A stretch of DNA of 64,000 nucleotides from Marsupella aquatica. Its lineage: Eukaryota > Plantae > Marchantiophyta. The DNA is taken from positions 4,798,944 through 4,862,943 of the forward strand of contig OZ316894.1 in assembly GCA_973895155.1 (NCBI GenBank), in the 5' to 3' direction. Both the position numbers and the translations under genes were made by a program. Below are positions 26,360 to 39,745 of this stretch, piece after piece (within the stretch, counting starts at the first letter, position 1; every line of letters starts with the position of its first letter). The notes beneath the pieces are model-generated. The model did not search any database. It was not told where the DNA came from and saw nothing but the letters and a program-made list of their open reading frames with translations.

Positions 26360-26754
26360 AGCACTTCCATATAATTAAAAGCAAAGGCTTCTCCTAGCAA
26401 TAAAATGTCAACCATGGTGCACTTCCACATAATTGAAATGAAACGCTTACTTACCAATAAAATGTCAAACATGGTGCACTTCTATATACTTGAAATGAAA
26501 GGCTTCCCCTAGCACTAAAGTGTAAAACATGGTTCACTTCCACATAAATGAAATGAAAGGCTTTACTTAGCAAATAAAAATGTCGACCGTGGTGCATTTC
26601 CATATAATAAAAATGAAAGGCCAAATTTAGCATTAAAGTGTCAAACATGAAGGGCTTTACTTAGCACTAAAATGTCAACCATGGTGCACTTTCCTCATAA
26701 TTGAAATGAAAGAATTTACTTAGCAATAAAATGTCAAGCATACTTTCACATAAT
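26360..26754. repeat. About 58-bp minisatellite array (about 7 units; resumes at 27239-27272 after an insertion)
   Basis: Consensus TAAAATGTCAACCATGGTGCACTTCCACATAATTGAAATGAAAGGCTTTACTTAGCAA. Confidence 0.9.
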
Positions 26755-27238
26755 ATATAATAAACTGCCAAAAAGCAGGGGGTGCTGAACTAGGAGACAT
26801 GATCCCATAGGCCAAAAACCCAATCAAAGGAGAACAAGAAAAAGGTCCGAAAGCCAAAGGGCCAAAAGCCAAAAAGACCAGGCACAGGCCCAGCGCAAGG
26901 AAAACAAAAGACACACTAACCAAGAGTCTATGCAACGGCAAATTGAATAGCTTGGTAAAGCTCAGGCGTGAACTGCATAGGAGGGTCAATCAAGGGAATC
27001 CAACTACATGCCCGCAATCCAGCCGCCTCTCTAAGAAGAATAGTGAAGGCATGTGCCCGCTGAAGCGCACTAGACACCCGCTGTCTAAAAAGGCCGTGAT
27101 AATAGACACGAAGGATAAGGCCGTCGCTTGACATAATGAACCGCACAAGAACAGAAATGGTCATAGTCAAGTGCAACGCTCAAACTTTGCTGTGACTGTG
27201 AAATGGTCATAGTCAAGTGCAAACTCAAACTGATAGAA
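26755..27238 (-). mobile_element. 5'-truncated CRE-like non-LTR retrotransposon (restriction-like endonuclease C-terminus plus 3' UTR) inserted in the minisatellite
   Basis: Minus translation FRQRVSSALQRAHAFTILLREAAGL...PPMQFTPELYQAIQFAVA* matches the R(I/V)S.ALQR..A..IL end motif of RLE-encoding CRE-type elements. ACATAAT is duplicated at 26748-26754 and 27239-27245, and removing the insert restores a repeat unit. Confidence 0.7.
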
Positions 27239-27518
27239 ACATAATTGAAATGAAAGGCTTTACTTAGCAATGAAGTTGTGTCAAACTGCTGGGTTTATGT
27301 AAAGTTGCCCTCCAGTCATTTTGAACAGTGTAAGATTTCTGAGTTGATTTTCCTCTCCTTTCAGCCGACGTTTTCTCGTTGCAATTTGACAGTGTTTCTT
27401 CGACGCCTTCAAGTACATCGGAGCAGCGTTCGGAGTGGATGATGCACCATAGGTTTCGAAGTAGTGTTGATCACAAGGCTGCGAAGAGAGAAGAGTAGGG
27501 AAGGAGGGAATTCTGTTG

Positions 27519-30500
27519 ATGGGAATGGCGCTCGAGACGGAAGAAGATGAGTATGGGGAGGAGATGCCGATTTCCAATCCCCTTCCTCCTGCGCCTCGAG
27601 CAGGCGGTGGGGGCAAGGACAGGAGAGATCGTGATTACGGGAAGGAAAATGGAGATGGCGCTGCACGAGCAGCGAATCTGTCGAATGCAGATTTCAGGAA
27701 AATGGTCATGGAGACTCCTAGGAAAGGTGACGACAAGGGCAAGGATAAACCTCGCAGGTAACCCCGATCATTGTTGCCGCAATCGTGTAGACGGAAGATG
27801 ATGCTGAAATACTCTGTCCCCACTTGTTCTGGGCCTGTGGCCCGTCCCGTTGCAGAAGTACCCAAATTTGCTAACTAAATTGAAGTGCTCACAGCGAGGC
27901 AAGGGCTTTGGAGGTCAAATAATTAGAACAGGGTGCTGCCACAATAGGCTTGACCTAAGAATTCTTTCTTAAATTCTTAACGATGAATGTACTGTTATGT
28001 GATCTTTCATAAGAAGGACTGTTAAGCCTATATACTTCAAGAATGCATTCTTCGTTGTACATTGTTAAGAGTACATTCTCATCAAAGCAAAAGCATTTTG
28101 ACAAGAGAGGAGGAACTTATACCAGACAGGCAAGAGTATTTCTCATGAGGTATCCAAGATCCATGCTTCCGATACATGAGCAAATTTGGATTATTTTGAG
28201 GGGCAATATGTGTCCCGAGATCCAATAGGGTTTTAATGTTCACTTACAAACTACATTTCTGAGCGGAAAAGTCTGTACTTTGCCTCCATTTGTTATGAAT
28301 TTTGCCAAACCTTGTATGTTTGCAGCCGCATTAAACGTGTGGAAGCAGCAGGAGATGATGAGGACGAGAGACGTAATCAGCGAAAATTCAAAACCAAACC
28401 CAAAGAGTAATTATTTCGAACCTTTGTCATGAATTGTGATACATACTAAGTGGACTGCACGCCTACGATATAGAGTGTCGTGAGAACCTCGCATAATTTT
28501 AGGTTTATTTGAGTGAAGATACGGAAGCTCTAGTGACGTGGGTTAACTTTGGAGTCGTTTTGGGTCGCCTGGACTTCTATCATGGTCTTATTGTCAAGTC
28601 TGGACTTGTCTGTACTGTAGAACATGATTGCATTGATTTCAAGCTCGACCTACTGAGTAAACTATCAGTTCGGTTAGGAATCCCCAGCCGTAGGGAATGT
28701 CAATGCACAGTCTGATTCACATGGCAACAAATTAAGATGGGAAAATACAACAGGGACACTCACTGTCAGATAATTAATCAGGGAAGAGAAGCCAGAGGAT
28801 CTGGACTTGCCAAGGTACCGCGATCGGGCAAAGGAGCGCAGAGAGGATGTTAATCCCGATTATGATCACACTGCATCGGAATTGGGGTCTCTACATGCTG
28901 TAGCTCCTCCTGGGACCGTTGATTTAAGGTATGCCTCTGCACCTTGATCCTGGACATTCGTTAGGCAACTCCAGCCCATTAAGATCAAGTCACTTTCAAA
29001 TCCTTGCGCTCTTTTGGTGTCACACGGTGGCTTGAATTCTTGACTCTAGAAGTTATATGTTTTTCCCCGCAGTTGAGAGTGCTTCATGTTCTTAAAGTCT
29101 ATTTTTGCGCTGACTCTATCTATGAGAGAGTTGTCCATGGCATACGTTGTAGTAGCGGTGACTTTTGCCCTCTGTTCTAATGTTTTCGGAATTGTCTAAA
29201 GAAGTTGGAAAAATCATGCTCCTCTAATCAGCCTACCACCATAATCAATTCCTCTGTTGTATTACAGGACGTCCGATGCTCACAGGATATCCATAGAGAA
29301 CAGCAAGTACTTGGGAGGTAAATAGCATTGAAACAGTTGAGAAAGAGCCTGCTTATGGTTTCACATGGATCTCTTGGCATATCTACGTCGGAGAAAACAT
29401 CCTTGTGTTGTACTGGGTTTCTCTGTTGCTAAGGGTCTTCAGTTCTTAGCACGTTCCTTTAACACTGCTTCCTGTTGCAGGTGATGTGGAGCACACGCAC
29501 TTGGTGAAGGGTCTAGATTATGCATTACTTCACAAAATAAGGAGTGAAATCGATAAGCGACCCGAGGATCAAGAAGTAGTTGATGAAGGGAAAAGAAGGT
29601 GAGGTTGGGAAACCACGATACTTTACAAGTGTAGATAGTGCTCGTAAGTATTGGGCTTTTGTCGATTTTGGTTCGTAAAGAATTGTCAGGACTTTATTCC
29701 GTTGTTCATTCTGACAGACAATGATGCGTGCAAGAGAACTTGTTCCTTTAGAGAGAGTCACGTGCTTGATTGTTACGAAGTGAGCCTTTCGTTAATGATG
29801 AGTGGTGCGGCTGTACTTTCGCTGGCGTCCAATTTGACGGACGGATACTGACACTATTGATTCTTCACAATCTGCAGGCAGCGGAAAGATGATCAAACAG
29901 TGGCGTTTCGCACTGCTACTGCCAAGGTAAGCGTTTGGTCACAGAATTGATCCTTGAAAACTCACAGAACTAAAATATTGGACATCTGAATGTAAGGAAA
30001 ACGTTGTGTGCAGGTTTCATACAATGCTGTTTTGCACTAGTTTTCTCGAGTTCGTTCACCGTATTGTCTACATTTGGAATGTGTACGTTTTACACTAAAA
30101 TCCTTAACAAGATAAAAAAAAGAGTAAGAGCGTAAAATTCTCTGCTAACAATGATAGCAAATTTGCGTAAATGGTTTTAATTCGAACATTAGTCCTTCGC
30201 GGAAAACAAGCGACGTTTAAGTAAAGGGAATTTGCAATGAAAAAATAGGACACGCTATAGATCGAATAAAGATTTGAGTAAAGTTGTGAAGAACCAAGGA
30301 GCAGAATGAATGTTTTTGAGGAAGTCACTGCTGGATCTTTGGTGCCAATTTGTTTTTCGAATCTCGAGATTTTGAGTTTATTTCCCTCTTCAAGAACAAG
30401 TAGCAGATGCGTATTCAAATCACCACCTCGGATACTATCAAGAAATATAGTTTAACATTTTTAATTGGGTACTGGTGGACACCTGTCCGTTACTGTATCA

Positions 30501-33500
30501 GAATGTAAATGGAGTCCGATTATTTTAGCTTTGGTTGGCACGGACTAAACTCCAGTCAGAACTTTGGACAACGTATAGGCGATATTAGTGAGATGAGTTT
30601 AATCTTGCGTTTGTTTACGAACTCCTGTTCAACTTGTCAATCTAACTTCTCTGTCGTACTGCTCTTTCAGCTCGTCCACCAATGGATAGTAAAACCACAA
30701 ACCAGTAGCAAGCTGAATGAAATGTTCCTGCCTGGTCGGACTGCATTTGTGTTTGACATGGTGAGTCTTTTTGTTCAAAAGGTTTCGCTGAAGTGTGAAA
30801 TTTTGCGAAGTACGTCTCTCCATGTATAACTTACCTGCTTCAATCTGACAGTCTGGATTATTCTGTGCGTCCATCATATTTGACGACTTTTTTTTGAACT
30901 TCTGGCTGTGATATAATTTAAAGTTTGTGTCAAACAATTTTCAGGATGAGGAGTTTTCCCATGATATTCCAACAACTGTACAACGGAGTAAAGCTGATTG
31001 TCCGCTACCCCAGGTACAAATGCTTCATCTAAGTAGGAATCCACTTGGATGTGCTGGACTTGTCCGTGTGGAGGTCAATAAGCCGATTTCTTGGCTGGTA
31101 TACGAAGGATGCTTTTTATGGAGTTAATGTATATAAATCTTGAAACCCAGACGAACGGCCACATACTTGGGGAGCCAATTTATGAAATAGACGTCTCGAT
31201 GAAGGTTGATGACTAGGTAGGATTCTTACTGCGTACAAGTCATTCATATTATAAGTATCTTGAATGACGTCAGGTGCCTTACTGGAGGCAACTGTTTCGT
31301 GTTACCGAGGAGGATTCCTGTGTTCATGTGAATGAGATCAGGCTACTTTATCAAATATACTGGAGAACTGGTTCTGGACAGAGGAGATATTTCTCCTCTA
31401 TTATAAGATATTGATGTTAGTGACTGCAACTTGTCAACAGGAAACGGTTACTGTTGGAGTGGATGGGACTGTTTTGGAACGTATTTCGAAAATTATGGCA
31501 TACCTTCGCTTGGGCACTTCTGGAAAGGTCTGCATCACTTTCCAAGATCTGTTCTGTGAGCTCTTTACCGATCAGGGAACATGCTATTTTGATTTTGAAT
31601 TGCATTCAGTTTAATGATTCTTATATCTAATCTGTGTTTCTAAATTATGGCAATTGGTGGTGTGCTATCTTCCAGCTCAAGAAGAAGAAGAAGGACAAGG
31701 GTGACCTTCGAGGTATGAATGATAAGTTCTATCAAAACGCTTAACAATTTCTCTAACATGCATGTAGGGGAAGGACGTTATTGCTTAGCCCTGGTTTTCT
31801 CTGATCCACGGCTGGAATCCTCTCGGTGTGTTTACTCTCTAGAGCAGTCAAATTGCTGGGTTTACTTCTGGGCAAATACTCAGCGTCAAGTTTAACTCAC
31901 TTCAGTCGTATTGCAGGTAAAGGCTTCTCGTTAGAGGATAATTCTCTGGCGGACGAGGCAGAGAAAGCTGCTCAGGCCATGGGTTTTTCCACTCGCCATC
32001 AAGACCCAGACGTCCTTCCACCTCCCCCACCCCGTAGACCACACTTCGATAATGCTGAACAGCCTGCAACCACAGTTCATCGGAGCATGGATGACAACAT
32101 ATTCGAAGATGTGGGAACTGACTATCATCCTCCTGCCGAAGACGGCAGTCCACTGTCCGAAGACATGGAGGAGTCTCCTCGAGACGGTGGGGAGAGGCTT
32201 TCGTACTTTAGCGAGCCTGCTTTTGGAGCTCCACCACATCAGATGGGCATCGAGTGGCATCAGCAGGTGAATATATCTCCGCGCAAACTGCGGACGCATT
32301 ACTTATTACGACGACTGTAGCTTACTTTGAAATTCATTTAATCTTTTCAACTCTGCCGTTCTGTTGCAAACAACAGATTTTGGCCTCCTACTAAAGCTCG
32401 TGGTGGTTTACCCGGACAAGTATATAAGTTACTTCGTTGTAATGACTACCGAAACAGAGGGAGTGGAGCATTTTTTGTAACAAGAGCAAAGGATTAAATG
32501 ACTGACATACGTTGATATGGGTCGCAGGGTCCTTATGATGGCATGGCACCAGGACCAGCATTACCTGTTTATCCTACCGGAGAGTGGAATGAATATCCAC
32601 CACCTCCTCCGGAGCAATACGTGGGTCCTTGGCCTCCAGAGCAGTACCAGTACGCAGAAGCTTATGCGCAGGCTGAAGCTGAAGCTGAAGCTGAAGCTGA
32701 AGCTGCTGGCCAGCAAATAGCTCGAGATCCACGCTCGATGACTCAAGAAGAAAAAGACAGAGGTCTGGGGTCGGTTTTCAAGCGTGATGATCAACGACTG
32801 TTGAGCCGACGAGAACGAGATGCAAGAGAAAAGGATCCAAACTTCATTTCAGAAAGTTATTCAGAGTGTTATCCAGGTTATCAGGAATACAATAGGGAGA
32901 TCGTGGAAAGTGACGAAGATGAAGATCTCAGTAAAATGGACATGGGAGGCAGGGTAAGGCACCTCATTCTATCATTTGGGCTTGCATGAACTGTTTTCTT
33001 GGGGAATAGCTTCTCTTTAGGCGGGAGCTTTTTAATACTTTTCCCAATTTATTTTCCCCAGTTCAGCTCTAAGTGCTGTGGTGGAAGTTTCCCTCCTAGG
33101 ATGAGAAATATAGTTGGGTTGTTGATCTCCTGTTGATACGTATCATTCTCAGTAGGATTCATCACCCCCGAGAACCAAACCAGGTATCTATGTAAAGTTT
33201 GCTCCAAGTGTATATCTAAAGACTGATTTGGAAATTTTGCATGGTGCAGGCTAAAGGTCGGATGCACCGATGGGACTTCGAGACAGAAGAAGAGTGGGCA
33301 ACTTACAACGAGCAAAAAGAAGCAATGCCAAAGGCAGCTTTTCAATTTGGAGTCAAAATGCAGGATGGACGTAAGACACGGAAACAGAATAAAGAGCAGA
33401 AGCTCAATAATGAGCTTCATAAAATCAATCAGATACTAGATAAGAAGAAGAAGGATAAGTCTGGTGGGGGAGGAGGTTATGAAGACGATAGAGCAACCTT

Positions 33501-33540
33501 CGATGATGAGAGTCACCAGAACAAGCGACTTCGTGTGTAA
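27519..33540 (+). CDS. SMU2: RED/IK-family spliceosomal protein (SMU2 homolog), 13 exons, about 677 aa
   Basis: Exons 27519-27757, 28326-28406, 28782-28928, 29268-29317, 29481-29598, 29878-29926, 30671-30760, 30945-31013, 31441-31527, 31676-31712, 31917-32266, 32528-32953, 33250-33540 (2034 nt, in frame). RED_N motifs LSNADFRKM, YRDRAKERRE, SKYLGGDVEHTHLVKGLDYALL, NEMFLPGRTAFVFD, DIPTTVQRSKADCP. RED_C motifs SYSECYPG, DLSKMDMGGR, RWDFETEEEW, KEAMPKAAFQFGVKMQDGRKTRK. The start could also be ATG 27525. Confidence 0.94.
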
Positions 33541-34947
33541 TCCTTCTGCCCTCTAGCTGTCTCCTAGCCGTCAAATGGATTGATTACTTGGTTACCTCAG
33601 AGTGTACAGGTTGAGCATCTGCTATAGAGACTTTCATCCAGGACAAAATCAGTAAAGGTTTCGGGCCGGTGAAGCAAATCTGTCCTGAAAAGGTTTAGAC
33701 CTGCTCAGTGAGCAAACAGCTCTTTGTCAATGTACCGGATGTCCAATTGAAAAATCTGAGAAATTCTCTCGGTTGTAGCTGGAATTTCAGTAAAGCATTT
33801 ATAGAGCAACATTTCTGGACTAGCACTTGTCATTTTGGAGGGTTCTTGAGAACTCTTACTGCAACTTGTCCACTTTGGGCGTCGCGTCAAAGTCTACAGT
33901 CGTTGACAAATTAGTAGCATCTATGAACTTCGAAGTAACTACATTACTGGTTCCGTGATTATCTGGATCTGCACTGGGGATACTACAGAGGATCTTTCCG
34001 ATATTGCTTGTTAGTGAGAAAAATGCGACGGATTCCAGAGAAGGTAGCCTGACCGTGAAGACTAGCCAAGTATAGACAAACTCGATTCGAGCATTCTTCG
34101 AAGTTCGTGTACTCGAAGCGACCCCGAGGACCTTGACTCTAACCCAAGATTGTTTGGCATCATGGCAACACGAGGTGCGACTCCATGCTTCGGTCCAAAG
34201 TCCCTTGATATGCACGGTTGTTCCCGGGGCGGCACATTATTTTAATTATCCGAACTTTATTCTGGGCATTCTACGAGTTAGGAAGCTATTGTTTTGGAAT
34301 GCTCTGGCAATTATACCCCTACTCTATAGTAAAGGTTCCCCCTATGAACTTGTTCAGGAAACCATCTTCAAGGTTTTCATCCACCTATTACTCTCTGGAG
34401 TCGAAAGAATCCTCCGCTGATGGGGTTGTTAACTCATATGAAACATCTTGCATCTCATGATCTCCTCTGATTTGCCTGTACCCTAGTCATTGGAATTTCT
34501 TAGTAATGACGTGAGATGACGCTGAGGAGCATTGTGTCTCCAATCAATCTAGGACAGTAGATGCTCAAGGTAATCTCCTTGTCAATCCAGCACAGGAGAT
34601 GACAGCTCAAGGTAATCCACTTGTCAATGGATTGGATTGGAGGGGCTCAGACTTAGAAAGTGATGCACTACTTTTCATCAGTGACGGCTCTCAATGATGA
34701 ATTTGCTGGAAGCTTGCTACATACTCATGGCATAGGGCCCACTCTGAGCCAAAATTTCCAGATTGGGAAAACTTTTTACTTCTGAAATTGCATCATATGG
34801 TCATCATATACACCAGAGCACTACCCATTCATTGTCAGAGCACCCATGGCTTTCCACTATTTTTCTTCTGCATATCGCTCTCAGATGCAATAGACACTAA
34901 CTGAAACAAACTTCTCCCCTTCACGTTGCAATCTATACTTTAACCTG

Positions 34948-35055
34948 TGATTGAAATCTATTGTGCATGATCTATTCCATCCATAGAGTGAATAGTAATT
35001 TTGATTGAAATCTATTGTGCATGATCTATTCCATCCATAGAGTGAATAGTAATTT
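34948..35055. repeat. Exact 54-bp tandem duplication
   Basis: TGATTGAAATCTATTGTGCATGATCTATTCCATCCATAGAGTGAATAGTAATTT at 34948 and 35002. Confidence 0.95.
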
Positions 35056-35414
35056 CTCTGGTAAGAGAAAAGTTTGATATTTAAACTATGCTTGTGAATA
35101 AGATGGGCATGGAGAGTCTGGGCACAAGTAACCCTTCGTGTGCATACCCACAGATGCTAGGTCTAGTAGACACGAATATCTACAGCCTGAGGTAGTTAGG
35201 GTTCTCTGCCTATTTAACAGCTTTAAAAAGTTAGCCTCTCTGGATTATACTCTCTCTCTCTCCATAATTCTTCAGCTACCCAATCCCAACTACCTTACTC
35301 TTACATAGGGGGACTGAATTTGTCTTCAAAACACTGACTTCATTTCATTCAATCAGAAGTCAAGACCTCATCCCAGGAGCTCATTGCTCATGCCCATGAG
35401 CCCAATAGTCCGTG

Positions 35415-36235
35415 TCCCTACTTGTCTTGGGGGCCATCATCGACCGACACAGTGATTCGGACACTCTATTCTTACTTTGGCTGGACTGGCGGACTCATGG
35501 GCAACGAGCTGTAAGCCCCTCAATCTAACTGCCCTCAGGGATTACAACCCATTACCCCATCATAGAAATGGGTTACCCTACTTGACTTGGGGGCGACCAT
35601 GGAGCCACGCCATGGTCGAGACTCTTGACCCTTACTTGAAGTTGCACTGGTCAACTCGTGTGCACTGAGAAGTAACTCCTCGGACTAACCTTTCTTAGAG
35701 ATTACAGCCCATGCTTATTACCCCCTCATGAAGATGGGTTCCCCTAATTTACTTGGGGGCAACTGGTGGACTGGTGTGCAAACCGCCTTCTGGGAATATT
35801 ACCCAATACCCCCTTGTGGAGATGCCTGACCCTACTTGTCTTGGGGGTGGTGACCAAGGAGCTACACCGTGATCAGGACCCCCAAGGAATACTGCCCAAT
35901 ACCCCCTTGTGGGGATGCCTGATCCAACTTGTCTTGGGGGTGACCACGGAGCTACACCGTGATCAGGACCCCCAAGCCTTACTTGGACTTGGACTTGGAC
36001 TTGTGTGAACTGTGACCCCAACTAACTGCCCTCCAGGGTTACAGCCCATGAGCCTGCTTGTCTTGGGGGCGACCAGGGAATCCTTGCTTATCTTGGGGGC
36101 GACCAGGGAATCCTTGCTTGTCTTAGGGGCGACCAGGGATTCCTTGCTGGTCTTGGGGGTGACCATGGACCCACGCCGTGATTGGAACCCTCAAAGCCTT
36201 ACTTGGACTGGACTGGACTGGACTGGACTGGACAG
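35415..36235. repeat. Compound nested minisatellite (core CTTGTCTTGGGGG(C/T)GACCA, 30-bp and about 95-bp periods, GGACT(T/G) microsatellites)
   Basis: The core recurs at about 35420, 35581, 35835, 35928, 36057, 36087, 36117 and 36147, plus a partial copy near 35750; CTTACTTGGACT-type runs occur at about 35978 and 36198. Confidence 0.85.
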
Positions 36236-39200
36236 CCCACCGAGTTCCAGACTTCCAGTTACCGGGGACCGTAACGACTCGGGCGCACGAGCACGACCAC
36301 GTCCACCGCAGTTGGACCGCGAAAAGGATCCCGACCTCCGAGACTTTCCCTGTCCCGCTTTCAGGGACGGAAAGCCTTGACGCGGTTCGGAATTCCTGCG
36401 TCAGACTGTACTCGCAGACTTGCCACCACGCCCAGCGCAGTCGGGCGCGGGAAAAAGGATTTCGAGACTGGAGTACACTACTAGAGAAGTGTTGAGGTTT
36501 TCCTCTTCCTTCCTTCCTTCCGTGATTTCTTACGATCACTTCACCTTCTGATTTCAAGATTTCAAGCATGCGTGTTGTCAGCTTTTCTATTCACTTTTTT
36601 TCCTTTGTTTTTTCATTCAAGTTGGGTGTCTCTGTTTTTTTTTCCCTTCTTTGAGAAAGGGAGGGATGCAGGGCCCGTCAATACCAAGCAAGGGGACTAA
36701 ATCCGCCATGGAAAAGGGAACAGTCTGCGCAAACTGGTACAAAAAGAAATATCCAACTAGTCAACCTTGAGAGCATGAAGAGCCACAACAAAGTAGCTCT
36801 CTCAGTCCCCTGTTTGGCTTCATTTTGTTCTGCCTACAGCTATTTGGGAGCCTCTTACTCAAAAGGTCCAATCATAAATGTCACAAGAGTCAACGTGTAG
36901 GATAACAGCCCATAGCCTGGAGTATGAGACCCTGCTGACGAGAAATAATCTCACCCTTGAATGGGTTAGGGGGGCTTTACAAGACCGTGGCCTAAGTTTA
37001 TGTTTCCATCCAAAGCAAAGAGGGGGGCATGTTCCATACACTAAAGGTAAAATGCCTTAGCCCAAATGTGTCAGGTCAGGAGAAAATAAATGCAAGACCC
37101 TGACTAGAAATGGTGGCTTGGTCTATTCTTTATACCAACTCCAGAGTGGTCTAAGTTTTTTACAAAATGCATGGACACATCAGCAAAAACTCGGAACTTG
37201 AAAGTTTGCAGCCAAGATTGGAGACGTCAACCTCCTGGCTCCTAACCAAGAGACTAGACAAGAGGGTAGAGACCCCAAGGCATGATGTTACTAAAGCCGA
37301 CCTAGTCCATACTTTCATTCATTTTCTCTGTCAGACTTAAGGCCTAGCCATCACTGCACAAGGATTAGAAGAAAGAAATTTCCACAACCATGAATCTTGC
37401 CACAGAATGAGTTGCACGACAAAACTTAGAGTTGTGCAAAAGAGCTTGTTTGCACTACAATTTTGGGACCCTTTTTCTTCTCTACATGAAAAAACCCAAC
37501 GTATGGATTATAAGCTTTATCTAAGAAAGAGGAGGCCAGATGAAGCAACATATTTGAAGAATGAATCTCATGGCCCACCACAACCAAAATGAACATTTCA
37601 CATGTTACTAACAACTCATATAGTATTCCCTTAGCATAAATGGTCACAATATTGTGTCTCAAAAACAGCTAGGTCCATCCAAGTTGCACCGTTACTCATT
37701 GTAGCCCATCCGAGCATCAATTTCTTTACTCTATTGCAGAAGGAACCACCTTAGCTAATTTTTCAAATGCAAAAAAACACCAAAGCACATCCAGTTAGCT
37801 AACTTTCCTTACTCTACAGGCTAGTAGGAAACCATCGCGGCTAATTGTTTTCAAATACAAAACAAAATGGCTCTCAAGCACGTTCGATTGAGAAAATCGC
37901 ATGCGGGCAGAAATTGCAGAAATTGCAGAAATTGTATAAAGGCAATCCAAACAAATTATGAGTATATCAATTCTCCGTACACACGATCACACGTACATTA
38001 CATAAATGGTACGGTTACCGTCGGTATCAGTTAGCCAGCTTCTTTGACGGTTGCTTGATTTAGGTACTGTACGGTTGGTCTTAACCGTACCGGTTCGGGA
38101 GTTTCGATAGGGCCCCGCCATAGGACGCACGGTTCTGTAAAAGAAGCGCTGTCTTTCTTTCAGATTTCGTTTCTCATTCACGGCGCGGTTTAAGACTTGT
38201 TTTACTGGATCTAAACTGTTATCGTCATTCTCGTCATAGGGTCGCTGTGTATATATATGCAAGTATTATATGGTGTCAACTACATGGTGCCAACTATATT
38301 TCTGGAACTGGCAATAGTTAGACCTTAAAGCATAGTGAAATGAAAGGTGATCACTACTGTTAAAGTCAAAATTGAGGAACCATGAATTCTCACATTGACA
38401 CGTACTGACTCATGACACTCTGGTCATGACACTCTGGTTAAGATTGTGAGGCAGTGCAGCAAACTCAAAGTTCCATTTTCTTCAGTAGAACTGAGGGTGA
38501 ACCTGTTCGATATTGAAGGTTGTGAGCTCCAAAAATTCCTATTGTGCTATCTCCAATTCACCCAAATTTTCCTTGCTTCAAAAAATGGAGTTGCTTAATG
38601 CCTAAATTGCAGTCCCCATGAATCAACTCATTATAGAGCTGTAGTCAAAATCAACTTAGAGTTGCACATGCATACAATATCAAACTATTGCACCAACATA
38701 ATGGATGAGTTGCTTGCACTCCTTTTGCTCGCCCTCTTGACTGATTACACCTATCGTCTTGTCTTACATCGTTGAGTCAGTGCAAAGTAGACACACAATG
38801 ATTTCCCTGGTCAAATTTCTGCGTGGATATATTTTATATAATTGTCTCTGCAAAGTAAGTAAAATGCAATACACGCAGGCAGATTCATTTCCCAAGTTTT
38901 ATTACAGCAGTAACGATCCGTTAAATGTCCCGCCACCACAGCCGACTTGTCTCAGTGTCTCACCTTTGGGCCCTTTAAAACTTTATTTAATACTCCATTA
39001 AAGAGACAGCATACAACCTTGTCTCACTTTTCTCCGTGCTCAGTGAACAGTGCTTCTTTGTCCATTTCTCCCAAACCAACTTTTATAGTGAACTGCAAAA
39101 GATGACGCACTGGATAGAGCGTCTCACCAATCAATGGCTGTCGAGCGCGTCCCTATATCCGCTGGATCTTTCTATCCCCTACGTGGCAGATTTCAGTGGC

Positions 39201-39305
39201 AGACGCTCCGTACGTATTCGTCGCCAATCTCACGACTCGATCTGTACAGGTGAACTGTAAATACGTACAAAGTATACAGTAGTTTACGACGCAGGCCGAC
39301 TTATT

Positions 39306-39745
39306 AGGGGCTGAAAATCTGAAATTATCAATCAAAGCTTTCTGTGCCCGCGCGCAGTATTTATGTGCCCTCATAAAAATCTTATGAGTAATGGCAAGGT
39401 GACGAAATTAATACACTTTGTTTTATTGTGAATGTTAAATGAATTATTGTTTTTCCATTGTATAGCATTGAGGATATTAACAGGCCATAGATGGAAAGTG
39501 ATATTGTTCCAAAATGTTGTCAAGCATAAGTGAATAAATCACTCCACCAGAGCCTGTCAATCGCAGTCTTGATCTGTACAGATGACCTGTAAATATGTAC
39601 AATGTATGTGGCAATTTATGACACAGACTGACTTTGGCACCCAGGGGCTGAAAAACTGATATTAGCAATCAACTCTTTCTGCACCCTCTCGCAGTATTTA
39701 TGTGCCCACATAAAGACTACAAATAATGGTGAGGTGAAGAGACTA
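39306..39745. repeat. About 105-bp diverged direct repeat, two copies about 337 bp apart
   Basis: AGGGGCTGAAAA.CTGA.ATTA.CAATCAA...CGCAGTATTTATGTGCCC.CATAAA at about 39306 and 39643. Confidence 0.75.

Noticed and set aside
35963-36166. ORF with VAPKTSKESL repeats
   Set aside because: It is a by-product of a 30-bp minisatellite, with no ATG start, splice context or domain.
36476-36490. CACTA TIR-like CACTACTAGAGAA
   Set aside because: No partner terminus was found in the window, so it was not called as an element.
36879-37421. Possible solo LTR (TGTCAC...GACA)
   Set aside because: No target-site duplication and no second copy to confirm the boundaries.
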